A stretch of 55,873 bases of DNA from a virus (Duplodnaviria; Caudoviricetes): positions 1-55,873 of IMG/VR virus record IMGVR_UViG_3300025128_000048; one strand, given 5' to 3'. The notes below the pieces were generated by a model that had not been told where the DNA came from, did not search any database, and saw nothing but the letters and a program-made list of their open reading frames with translations. Shown piece after piece: positions 7,790 through 15,585 of this stretch; position 1 is the stretch's first letter; each line of letters opens with the position of its first letter. A program made the position numbers and the translations under genes.

Positions 7790-8006
7790 TAACGATATGT
7801 ATGGCTGTTCAAGAGAGGAACTGCTAGACGTGTGTGAAAACGCACAGCAACCGTATATGGGTGGACTTACCATGCTGGCTATGTCCATCTTATCTGATGC
7901 ACAAGAGTGCATTGCCGTGGGGCGTAACGACATGGCACGACAGTTTATTAATCGTGCCAAGTTTGTTATCTCACAAAATGAGTCCAACATTGGACTAACC
8001 AACTAA
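7782..8006 (+). CDS. Hypothetical early protein
   Basis: RBS AGGAG then ATG 7782; MSILSDAQE motif. Confidence 0.7.
   Translation: MPNNDMYGCSREELLDVCENAQQPYMGGLTMLAMSILSDAQECIAVGRNDMARQFINRAKFVISQNESNIGLTN
7981..7996. promoter_or_regulatory. Palindromic box copy 4
   Basis: AGTCCAACATTGGACT upstream of gene 8030. Confidence 0.65.
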
Positions 8007-8029
8007 CCAACAGAAAAGGAGACTTTATC

Positions 8030-8413
8030 ATGGCTATTAAAACTGTAACTTATCACCAGCGTTCAACAGGCAAAACAGGACAGGTGCTTGCATCACAAGA
8101 GATTGAGGCCAAGCTGTCTAAAGTTGAGGCACTCTATCGTGAGTATCACGGCGTGAAGCTGGGGCGTGGCAAGTTCTATGACCTTGCGTTGCAGTATGCC
8201 CGTGAATGCAAGTCGGACACAGGTGGCTACCTGCAGTACACGACAGAGGCTATCGCTGGCATCTTCCTTGACCACATGCACAAGGAGCTTGGCAAAGCTG
8301 TTAAGCTCAAGGATCGCAATCGTGATTTGTCCATTGAGATTGGTAGCATTAGCGTTAGCAATCTTCGTAAGCTTGCTCGTAATGGTCGGGGTAAAGCCAA
8401 AAAGATAGCATGA
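8030..8413 (+). CDS. Hypothetical early protein
   Basis: Strong RBS AAGGAG. Confidence 0.8.
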   Translation: MAIKTVTYHQRSTGKTGQVLASQEIEAKLSKVEALYREYHGVKLGRGKFYDLALQYARECKSDTGGYLQYTTEAIAGIFLDHMHKELGKAVKLKDRNRDLSIEIGSISVSNLRKLARNGRGKAKKIA

Positions 8414-8607
8414 CCAAGTGGGTCTGCTACGAATGTGGTGGCACGAATGTGTGGGAACTCTCGTGGGTTCGTGCCAACCGCATTTCATGGATGCTGATGT
8501 GGGATGATGATGTTCATGCCTACACAGATACCTTCCCCACGTCTAACACAAAGTGTATGGACTGTGGCAAATTAGTTGAACTTAAAGAGGAGCAATACGA
8601 TGTCTAA
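8410..8607 (+). CDS. Zinc-ribbon protein
   Basis: CYECGG...CMDCG; ATGA overlap. Confidence 0.7.
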   Translation: MTKWVCYECGGTNVWELSWVRANRISWMLMWDDDVHAYTDTFPTSNTKCMDCGKLVELKEEQYDV

Positions 8608-8723
8608 GTGCATAACTGCACTGTGCGTATACAACCAGATGCCGTGGGACAGTGTGTTCATTGGCGGTTATCTGGTTGTATCTGTAGTCGGAATATGTTA
8701 TATAATATATAAACTGTATAAGG

Positions 8724-8921
8724 ATGGGTGATATGACTGACCAAAACCAAACAATAGTTGTGCGTGAAATACACACAGGAAAACTATTTGACATGACTAT
8801 AAAAGAAATGCTTGCACTGGTAAACGAGATGCAACCCTACGACTATCCATACAAACTGGATGAGTGGGAAGAGGGCTGGTATAGTCATTGTGAAGGTGAT
8901 TATTATGAAATTGTCACATAA
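8724..8921 (+). CDS. Hypothetical acidic protein
   Basis: ORF in early operon. Confidence 0.6.
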   Translation: MGDMTDQNQTIVVREIHTGKLFDMTIKEMLALVNEMQPYDYPYKLDEWEEGWYSHCEGDYYEIVT

Positions 8922-9144
8922 CTGGAAGCCCACTGAAAAAACATGGGCTGATGCTAAGCTGTATCGCTGTGACCTATACGACACACGTTATCCTGTATGC
9001 GGCACACGTCTTGTCTGGGTAGTGGTGGGCAGAAAGTGGGTACGCTTTTGCACACCTATCCAGCATGACAAGTGGCGTATCAGGCGTGAGGAATGGGACA
9101 AGATACCACATGAATTATTTGTAAAGGAGATTGATGATGCCTAG
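8905..9144 (+). CDS. Hypothetical protein
   Basis: AGGTG before ATG 8905; CGTRLVWVVVGRKWV; ends KEIDDA. Confidence 0.65.
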   Translation: MKLSHNWKPTEKTWADAKLYRCDLYDTRYPVCGTRLVWVVVGRKWVRFCTPIQHDKWRIRREEWDKIPHELFVKEIDDA

Positions 9145-9274
9145 ATACAAGGTGCGCATAGATTATGAGGTTGAGGTAGAGGCAGAAGACAGTGATGATG
9201 CTGAGAATATTGCCGCTGGCATATTTAACTATGCAGATGCTGACTTTGAAACAGAGGAGATTGATGATGACTAG
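9137..9274 (+). CDS. Small acidic protein (45 aa, not in track), paralog of 10083-10256
   Basis: Reads MPRYKVRIDYEVEVEAEDSDDAENIAAGIFNYADADFETEEIDDD; strong RBS. Confidence 0.7.
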   Translation: MPRYKVRIDYEVEVEAEDSDDAENIAAGIFNYADADFETEEIDDD

Positions 9275-9410
9275 AAAAGAGTTTTGGGAATGGATGCTGA
9301 CTTGCCCAGCAAAAGAAAATGCTGACCCATCAGGTTGGTTTTTTGCAGATGACATGGGTGATGAGTGCCGTATATTCTTTTACTTTGATGAGGAGAATGA
9401 TGATGACTAA
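9264..9410 (+). CDS. Hypothetical protein
   Basis: RBS repeat then MMTRKEFWEWM. Confidence 0.65.
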   Translation: MMTRKEFWEWMLTCPAKENADPSGWFFADDMGDECRIFFYFDEENDDD

Positions 9411-9567
9411 AACAGAATTACTGCAAGCTATATATCGCCTGACACATGGCACGGGTGTCGTGTATAAAATCATCTATGAAGATTTGGATGAAGGTACAGA
9501 ATTGACAATAGCTTTCACTGAGTTAAGTGACACACCTACAAACACAACATCTAGTATAGGTGGGTGA
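9400..9567 (+). CDS. Hypothetical protein
   Basis: RBS repeat then MMTKTELL. Confidence 0.65.
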   Translation: MMTKTELLQAIYRLTHGTGVVYKIIYEDLDEGTELTIAFTELSDTPTNTTSSIGG

Positions 9568-9570
9568 GTG

Positions 9571-9738
9571 ATGGCTAAACTTGTGGAACATATTTGCGTA
9601 TACTGCAAAAGTGTGCAGTACATACCCACACGATTGCGTAACCTGATAGACAAGATGTATTGTTATGTATGTGGTAAGCGCATTGAGGAAAGAATACCCA
9701 AGTATCTGGGTGGAAAAAAGGAGATTGATGATGACTGA
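9571..9738 (+). CDS. Zinc-ribbon protein (55 aa, not in track)
   Basis: CVYC...CYVCG; ends KEIDDD. Confidence 0.65.
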   Translation: MAKLVEHICVYCKSVQYIPTRLRNLIDKMYCYVCGKRIEERIPKYLGGKKEIDDD

Positions 9739-10090
9739 CAATTACGACAGTGGCTTTGACCTTGTGTTATCTGATGATGAAAAAGACCAGTTAATACATT
9801 ACTACAGGACAGAGGCATACCCCGATTGGATAGCCAACTGGCTACCAACAGATGTAGACCCAAGCACAGGATTATACACTGATGAATCTGAGTACGCTGG
9901 CGAGGAGTACGAAGAGATGCATTACGATGGCATCCAGTTTGAGGACAGCGACAGAATGTTTGACCTGTGTATGCACTTTGTTGATGGCAAAGTGTGGGTT
10001 GATGTTTATGAATGTGATTGGGAAGGTGATAACTGGACTACTAACTGCCGCCATAGCTGGACACTGACAAAGGAGATTGATGATGCCTAG
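9728..10090 (+). CDS. Hypothetical acidic protein
   Basis: RBS repeat then MMTDNY; ends KEIDDA. Confidence 0.7.
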   Translation: MMTDNYDSGFDLVLSDDEKDQLIHYYRTEAYPDWIANWLPTDVDPSTGLYTDESEYAGEEYEEMHYDGIQFEDSDRMFDLCMHFVDGKVWVDVYECDWEGDNWTTNCRHSWTLTKEIDDA

Positions 10091-10256
10091 ATACGAAGTA
10101 ACCCGAAGCTATACTGTTATCTGCGTTGCTACAGTTGAAGCTGATACGCATGACCATGCAGAGGAAATAGCTTGTGATTCTGGTGACATACACTGGAAGG
10201 AATATGATGGTGACTATGATACCGAAGTATATGTAGAGGAGATTGAAGATGCGTAA
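10083..10256 (+). CDS. Small acidic protein (57 aa, not in track), paralog of 9137-9274
   Basis: Reads MPRYEVTRSYTVICVATVEADTHDHAEEIA...EEIEDA. Confidence 0.7.
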   Translation: MPRYEVTRSYTVICVATVEADTHDHAEEIACDSGDIHWKEYDGDYDTEVYVEEIEDA

Positions 10257-10530
10257 CACATACAAACTAATCATGGATAGTAGATACAATCCGCTGTCCA
10301 ACATACCTGACGCAAACACAAGGCACATGGTCATGCAGATACTTGCATGGATGTGGTGCATTATCTTCTCCATGTGGGTAGGCTCTGTCGTTGTGTTCGG
10401 TATCAGTGCCGCACTACATGCCTTGCTGATAGCTGGTGTGTTCATTACGGCTGGTGTATTTGAAACAGCCAAGCGTAAGCCGCAGTATTTTGGTGGGCTT
10501 GGCAGGGGCGATGGGGGTGAGCATGAGTAA
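10249..10530 (+). CDS. Conserved membrane protein
   Basis: YNPLSNIPD...MQILAWMWC; two TM segments. Confidence 0.75.
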   Translation: MRNTYKLIMDSRYNPLSNIPDANTRHMVMQILAWMWCIIFSMWVGSVVVFGISAALHALLIAGVFITAGVFETAKRKPQYFGGLGRGDGGEHE

Positions 10531-10666
10531 GATATGGCACAAAGTGAGATATTATTATCTCACGCATGATGACATTGAAATGTTCTTGTTCTTTTGCATC
10601 TTTGCATTTTTAGGCTGGGCAGGTTATCATGCCATAGCTGGTATCATAGAAAGGATAATAGGATGA
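10523..10666 (+). CDS. Small membrane protein
   Basis: MSKIWHK... with one TM segment. Confidence 0.55.
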   Translation: MSKIWHKVRYYYLTHDDIEMFLFFCIFAFLGWAGYHAIAGIIERIIG

Positions 10667-10872
10667 ATGGTGTAGCAGTTATTCTTGCCTGTGTAGGCAC
10701 AATCAATACAAGCACAGTAGAGTTAGATGTGTGGTCTGGACATGCGTGGATGTCGCAGTGTCACATGGCATCTACCGTGCGTAGCTTTGACTATCCACAG
10801 CAACAATGCTTTTGCATAGAAAGGAGTGATGACGATGTACATAGACCCAATATACCCGGACAAGGCCAGTGA
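10663..10872 (+). CDS. Hypothetical protein
   Basis: ATGA coupling (MNGVAVILAC...). Confidence 0.55.
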   Translation: MNGVAVILACVGTINTSTVELDVWSGHAWMSQCHMASTVRSFDYPQQQCFCIERSDDDVHRPNIPGQGQ

Positions 10873-11038
10873 TAAACGACTGGTTCATGTAGCAGACGAG
10901 AAGCGTAGGCTCATGCGTGAGTTTGGTGACTTGGTATTTGAAGAGGCAGACCAAGCCCTGATAGATGCCAAGCACAAAGAATACATGGCTATGAAACAAT
11001 TAGACAAAGAGGGTGTCACTTTAGTGACCAAGTTTTAA
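10835..11038 (+). CDS. Hypothetical protein
   Basis: RBS AAGGAG. Confidence 0.65.
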   Translation: MYIDPIYPDKASDKRLVHVADEKRRLMREFGDLVFEEADQALIDAKHKEYMAMKQLDKEGVTLVTKF

Positions 11039-11092
11039 AATGGAAATAGCAATAATTATAACGCTGATACAAATACTGTATGCAATTAATAG

Positions 11093-11121
11093 TTGACATA
11101 TATTTTTTTGCGTGATACAAC
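11093..11121 (+). promoter_or_regulatory. Sigma70-type promoter
   Basis: TTGACA-17-(TG.)TACAAC. Confidence 0.6.
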
Positions 11122-11164
11122 TCACACAAGATAATCGTCAGTTGACATGAAAGGAGACTATAGA

Positions 11165-11404
11165 ATGGAAATAACATACGAAGAGAGACTTGAATTTCTC
11201 AATGCTCACAATGACTTAAAGAATATAATTCAGACACTATATGAGTGTCAAGATCTGTGGATGTCTGATGTGGGCAAGCTAGAAAAAATGGAGTGCCTCA
11301 TGCACAGAGTGCTAAAGTTTGTGCCGCAAGAGGACGATGAGGGTAGACCAAAGCACTATGCAGATTGGGTGCTTGCTGATGATAACAACGAGGAAGGAGA
11401 ATAG
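11165..11404 (+). CDS. Hypothetical protein
   Basis: RBS AAGGAG before ATG 11165. Confidence 0.7.
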   Translation: MEITYEERLEFLNAHNDLKNIIQTLYECQDLWMSDVGKLEKMECLMHRVLKFVPQEDDEGRPKHYADWVLADDNNEEGE

Positions 11405-11406
11405 AT

Positions 11407-12255
11407 ATGCCATTTGATATTCCAATGAACATGATGATCCCAGAAGAACTAAACTTTAAGCCTGTGTTTGAGCCTACCAAGGTGAAGGACAAGAAATATG
11501 TTATCAATGGTAACACAGGTGACTATATCGGTGTGGTGGGTGACACGTTCAACTGTGCCAGTCACGCTGATTTCTTTGAGGGTGTGCATGATACCATCAC
11601 AGAGAACCTTGGTGATGCAGAGTGCGAGGGCATGAACATGAAGTGGAGAATTGCCCGACAGAACGCATGGGCTATGCTTGACATGACCCTGCCTAACGTG
11701 ACTGCTCGTATTGAAACAGACAAGCACAGTACCACTATTGCACAGCGTATCATTGCTTTGCATGGTATTGATGGTAGCTGTTCCAACCAGACATACTTTG
11801 GTGCTATAGATTTCTTCTGCACCAACGGCATGATTCGTGGTGAGCATGACAAGGTGCGCCGGAAGAACACTGCTAACTTTAGCATGGCTAGGTTTATTCG
11901 TGACCTGCGTGAATCTACGCAGTCATTCTATGCACAGTCAGAGCGTCTACAAGGCTGGGCTAACAAGCCACTGTATGTTGGTGACGTTAAGTCTATGCTT
12001 GAGACTCTGCTAAAGTCTGATCGCACTGCAGAAAAGATGCTTGCCTTGTATAACCAAGAGGCATCAGTTCGTGGTCAGAATGTCTGGGCTTTGTACTCTG
12101 CGTTTACTAACTATGCAAGCTATGCTGATGATCGTAACGGTTTCACCCTGCGTAACACTGGCAAGGATACTAACGCAGTGTCTATGTTCCAGCGTGAGAG
12201 CAAGGTGTCACAGTGGATTGACAGCAAGCCATTCAGGGAGTTGATTGCAGCATGA
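11407..12255 (+). CDS. DUF932/DUF945-family protein
   Basis: HGIDGS...GAIDFFCTNGMI...H; NVWALYSAFTNYASY. Confidence 0.75.
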   Translation: MPFDIPMNMMIPEELNFKPVFEPTKVKDKKYVINGNTGDYIGVVGDTFNCASHADFFEGVHDTITENLGDAECEGMNMKWRIARQNAWAMLDMTLPNVTARIETDKHSTTIAQRIIALHGIDGSCSNQTYFGAIDFFCTNGMIRGEHDKVRRKNTANFSMARFIRDLRESTQSFYAQSERLQGWANKPLYVGDVKSMLETLLKSDRTAEKMLALYNQEASVRGQNVWALYSAFTNYASYADDRNGFTLRNTGKDTNAVSMFQRESKVSQWIDSKPFRELIAA

Positions 12256-13130
12256 ACACCGTGAAACATCTTGTGGATAAATACTATAATTCCAATGATT
12301 TCAAGATGTTACGAAGCAGAACTAAGAAAGACTATCAATACTTTCTTAGTGTCATGGTGGCTGATTTTGGCTCTGTGAATTTTTGTGAACTCACAAGTAA
12401 GCAAGCCAAACATGCATACGAAAAGTGGGTTGAGCGAGGCATCAGTCTCGCCAACCACGTCTGCACTGTATCATCCATCTTGTTTCGTTACGCTATTGAG
12501 ATGGAGTATACGCACGTAAATCCATTCGCAAACATCAAACGAAAGACACCACCACAGCGTAAAGTTGTGTGGACTGACGATGATGTGCGTCAATTTCTTG
12601 ACACTGCCTACAGTGAGTTTCAATACCGTAGTATCGGATTGATAGTTCACATGGCGTATGATTGGTGCCAGCGATTGGGTGACATGCGCCTACTTACATG
12701 GGATAACATAGACTTTGAGGCTAAAAAACTATATCTTGAGCAATCAAAGCGTAGGGCAGAGGTAACTTTGCCTATACAAAATGATCTGCTTGAGATGCTG
12801 ACACAGCAGGAGCAAGACTTTGGCTTTCAACAGTACGTTGTTCCCCGTACAACGCCCGTACACGGGCAGTACGAGCCGTATAGTATGGAGAGACTGTCCA
12901 AAGCTGGACGGGCTGTCATGCGAGAAGCTGGGCTGTCTGATGAACTACGCCTGATGGACTTGCGGCGCACTGGTACAACACAAATGGTTGAAGCTGGTGT
13001 GCCTATGGGACAAATCATGTCGGTTACAGGACACAGTAATCCACAGTCAGTAAAACCTTACATGAAAAATACATACGAAAGTGCAAATAATGCATTGACT
13101 GCACGTAAATCGTATGGTAAAAGCACTTAA
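12252..13130 (+). CDS. int: Tyrosine recombinase/integrase
   Basis: CQRLGD (Arg I), MDLRRT (Arg II), TGHS, terminal Tyr in KPY. Confidence 0.85.
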   Translation: MNTVKHLVDKYYNSNDFKMLRSRTKKDYQYFLSVMVADFGSVNFCELTSKQAKHAYEKWVERGISLANHVCTVSSILFRYAIEMEYTHVNPFANIKRKTPPQRKVVWTDDDVRQFLDTAYSEFQYRSIGLIVHMAYDWCQRLGDMRLLTWDNIDFEAKKLYLEQSKRRAEVTLPIQNDLLEMLTQQEQDFGFQQYVVPRTTPVHGQYEPYSMERLSKAGRAVMREAGLSDELRLMDLRRTGTTQMVEAGVPMGQIMSVTGHSNPQSVKPYMKNTYESANNALTARKSYGKST

Positions 13131-13155
13131 CTGCCGCAAAGGAGAGTGATATATA

Positions 13156-13926
13156 ATGAATAATATATATAACATTATAAGTGATTTAGAATTACCTAAT
13201 GGACATACTAAACGTATGGATTGTCCTAACTGTGGTGGTAAGAATACTTTCACTGTAACTAACAATCTTGGTAGTCTTGTGTGGAACTGCTACAAAGTAT
13301 CTTGTAATGTTCGTGGTGGTAATCGTGTGCATCTAACTGTAGATGACATACGTGCTGGTATGGGTAATGCACAACAGTTTGCTGAAGAAGAATTTAAGTT
13401 GCCTGACTACATTGTACCACATAGAAATACAAATGATGTCTTACAGTTTTGTTGTAGCTATCAGCTTGACCCAAATGAGTTGGGTGTGTTATACGATGTG
13501 AAAGAAGATAGGGTTGTGTTCCCCATATCACACAACGGTAAACTTGTAGATGCTATAGGGCGAGCATTGGGCAAGCGTTTACCAAAATGGAAAAGATATG
13601 GAAAAAGTGGCTTGCCATATGTGTATGGTTGTGGTAATGTCGCAGTAGTTGTTGAGGACTGTGTGAGTGCAGCCGTTGTTGGTTACGGTTCCTTTGTCGG
13701 GGTTGCACTTCTTGGCACCTCTTTACAGGAAGTGCATAAAGGGTATCTTGCACAGTTCTCAACAGCAGTCATAGCGTTAGACCCCGATGCGCTACCGAAG
13801 ACGCTACAGATGGCGAAGGAACTACGTGGTCATGTAAACGATGTTCGTGTACTACGTTTGAATGACGATTTGAAATATCGTAACCCGACAGATATGGAGA
13901 AGCTAAATGGAATTATCAATCATTAG
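13156..13926 (+). CDS. DNA primase (zinc finger plus TOPRIM)
   Basis: CPNC...CYKVSC; VVVEDCVSA; ALDPDA. Confidence 0.85.
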   Translation: MNNIYNIISDLELPNGHTKRMDCPNCGGKNTFTVTNNLGSLVWNCYKVSCNVRGGNRVHLTVDDIRAGMGNAQQFAEEEFKLPDYIVPHRNTNDVLQFCCSYQLDPNELGVLYDVKEDRVVFPISHNGKLVDAIGRALGKRLPKWKRYGKSGLPYVYGCGNVAVVVEDCVSAAVVGYGSFVGVALLGTSLQEVHKGYLAQFSTAVIALDPDALPKTLQMAKELRGHVNDVRVLRLNDDLKYRNPTDMEKLNGIINH

Positions 13927-15130
13927 AAGTCTGATGGACAAGTCATTCTACGATGACCATCGTGGTAGCAAATGCCCACCACGTTTGTTCAGCAAGGATG
14001 CACGTAAGATCAAAGAATCTATTGACACTGCTATGGACAGGTATTCGCGTACAGTCACGCCAGATGAGGTAGAGGCATTGTTCATGGCTAATAACCCCAC
14101 ACTTACTACGGCACAGAAGCAAGGCTATTCTTCTATGTTTGCTACGATCAAACGTGAGGAGCCAATGGGCAGTGACGTGGCACAAGAAGTGTTGTCCAAG
14201 CTGTTTCAACAGGTTGTGGGCGAGGATGTTGCCAACATAGGATTTGATATGGTCAATGGTGATGCGTCTACGCTAGAGCGTTTACGCAACCTGCTTGAGC
14301 AGTATGGTGATGACTTCATACCCAATATGAATATTGAGTGGGAAGATATTAGCATTGAAGCTATCATGGCGGCTGCAGAACTAGAAGCCAAGTGGAAGTT
14401 TAATATACCGTCTGTCGTGCGCAAGATAGAGGGTGTGAGTGGTGGACACTTGATTGAGGTAGGTGCTAGACCTAATGTGGGCAAGACATCCTTCCATGCC
14501 AGCTTAATTGCAGGGCCGGGCGGCTTTGCACATCAGGGTGCGCAGTGCATTATCTTGTGTAACGAAGAGTCTGGTAAGCGTGTAGGTGAACGGTATCTGA
14601 ACGCTGCCTCTGGCATGTCTCGTTACGAAATAAGTGATGAGTTCACCAAGGCATCCGCTAAGTATTACCCTATATCACAGAACATCAAGATCAAAGAATG
14701 TCAGGGCAGAGACATGGCTTGGGTAGAGTCTGTCTGTAAATCCTACAGACCTGACATACTTGTGTTAGATATGGGTGATAAGTTCAGCGCAGGTGGGAAC
14801 TATGCACGTCCAGATGAAGCACTAAAGGCTTGCGCTATCTATGCAAGACAGATTGCCAAGACCTACGACTGTGCTGTGTTTTACATGTCACAGCTATCTG
14901 CTGATGCAGAAGGTCGTGCGCAGTTAAATCAGAGCATGATGGAAGGTAGCCGCACAGGTAAGGCAGCAGAGGCTGACCTTATGCTACTGATAGGCAAATC
15001 ACCCTCTGTAGAGGGACAGGAAGAAGAAAGCCCCCTGCGCCACATTAACATTGTCAAGAACAAGCTCAACGGCTGGCATGGCATGGTGAACTGTGAGCTT
15101 AACTACCTTACCGCGAGGTACGAAGGATGA
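13907..15130 (+). CDS. Replicative DnaB-like helicase
   Basis: Walker A GARPNVGKT; LVLD; MSQLS; KNK. Confidence 0.9.
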   Translation: MELSIIRSLMDKSFYDDHRGSKCPPRLFSKDARKIKESIDTAMDRYSRTVTPDEVEALFMANNPTLTTAQKQGYSSMFATIKREEPMGSDVAQEVLSKLFQQVVGEDVANIGFDMVNGDASTLERLRNLLEQYGDDFIPNMNIEWEDISIEAIMAAAELEAKWKFNIPSVVRKIEGVSGGHLIEVGARPNVGKTSFHASLIAGPGGFAHQGAQCIILCNEESGKRVGERYLNAASGMSRYEISDEFTKASAKYYPISQNIKIKECQGRDMAWVESVCKSYRPDILVLDMGDKFSAGGNYARPDEALKACAIYARQIAKTYDCAVFYMSQLSADAEGRAQLNQSMMEGSRTGKAAEADLMLLIGKSPSVEGQEEESPLRHINIVKNKLNGWHGMVNCELNYLTARYEG

Positions 15131-15585
15131 GTCAGCTAGATTTCTTCCGTGACAATACTATTGAGGATCTGTGTGAGGATGGTCTTGTCTGTATAAAATG
15201 TGACATAAGACAACCTATACAAAACTTTCAGCAGATGTCTTATACAAAGACGGGAGAAGCTGAGATAAAAAGGACTTGTAAATCTTGTCAGAAAGGACAC
15301 CGACAAGTCATAGCTGACTTGAGAAAAGAAAATATGTATCCACAAGAGGCAAGCTATGCATGTCCTATTTGTACGCGCACGATAGATGAGGTAAATAAGT
15401 ACGGACAAAAGTTGCTGGGAACTTGGGTGTTAGATCACTGTCACGACACCAACACGTTTCGTGGTTACATATGTAAGCATTGTAATGATGGTCTGGGTGG
15501 GTTTCGTGATGACTTGACAACAGTTAAGAATGCTGTTAAGTATCTTGAAGAACATAAGGAGAAGCTAAATGAAACTGACACTTGA
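15127..15585 (+). CDS. Endonuclease VII-family nuclease
   Basis: CPIC...VLDHCHDTNTFRGYICKHCNDGLG. Confidence 0.85.
   Translation: MSQLDFFRDNTIEDLCEDGLVCIKCDIRQPIQNFQQMSYTKTGEAEIKRTCKSCQKGHRQVIADLRKENMYPQEASYACPICTRTIDEVNKYGQKLLGTWVLDHCHDTNTFRGYICKHCNDGLGGFRDDLTTVKNAVKYLEEHKEKLNETDT

Noticed and set aside
9123-10256. CRISPR-like array
   Set aside because: The repeats are RBS/start junctions separated by whole genes at irregular spacing; no cas1/cas2.
11039-13155. tRNA gene or tRNA-derived attP near the integrase
   Set aside because: No cloverleaf or T-loop consensus recognised by eye; needs tRNAscan and BLAST against hosts.
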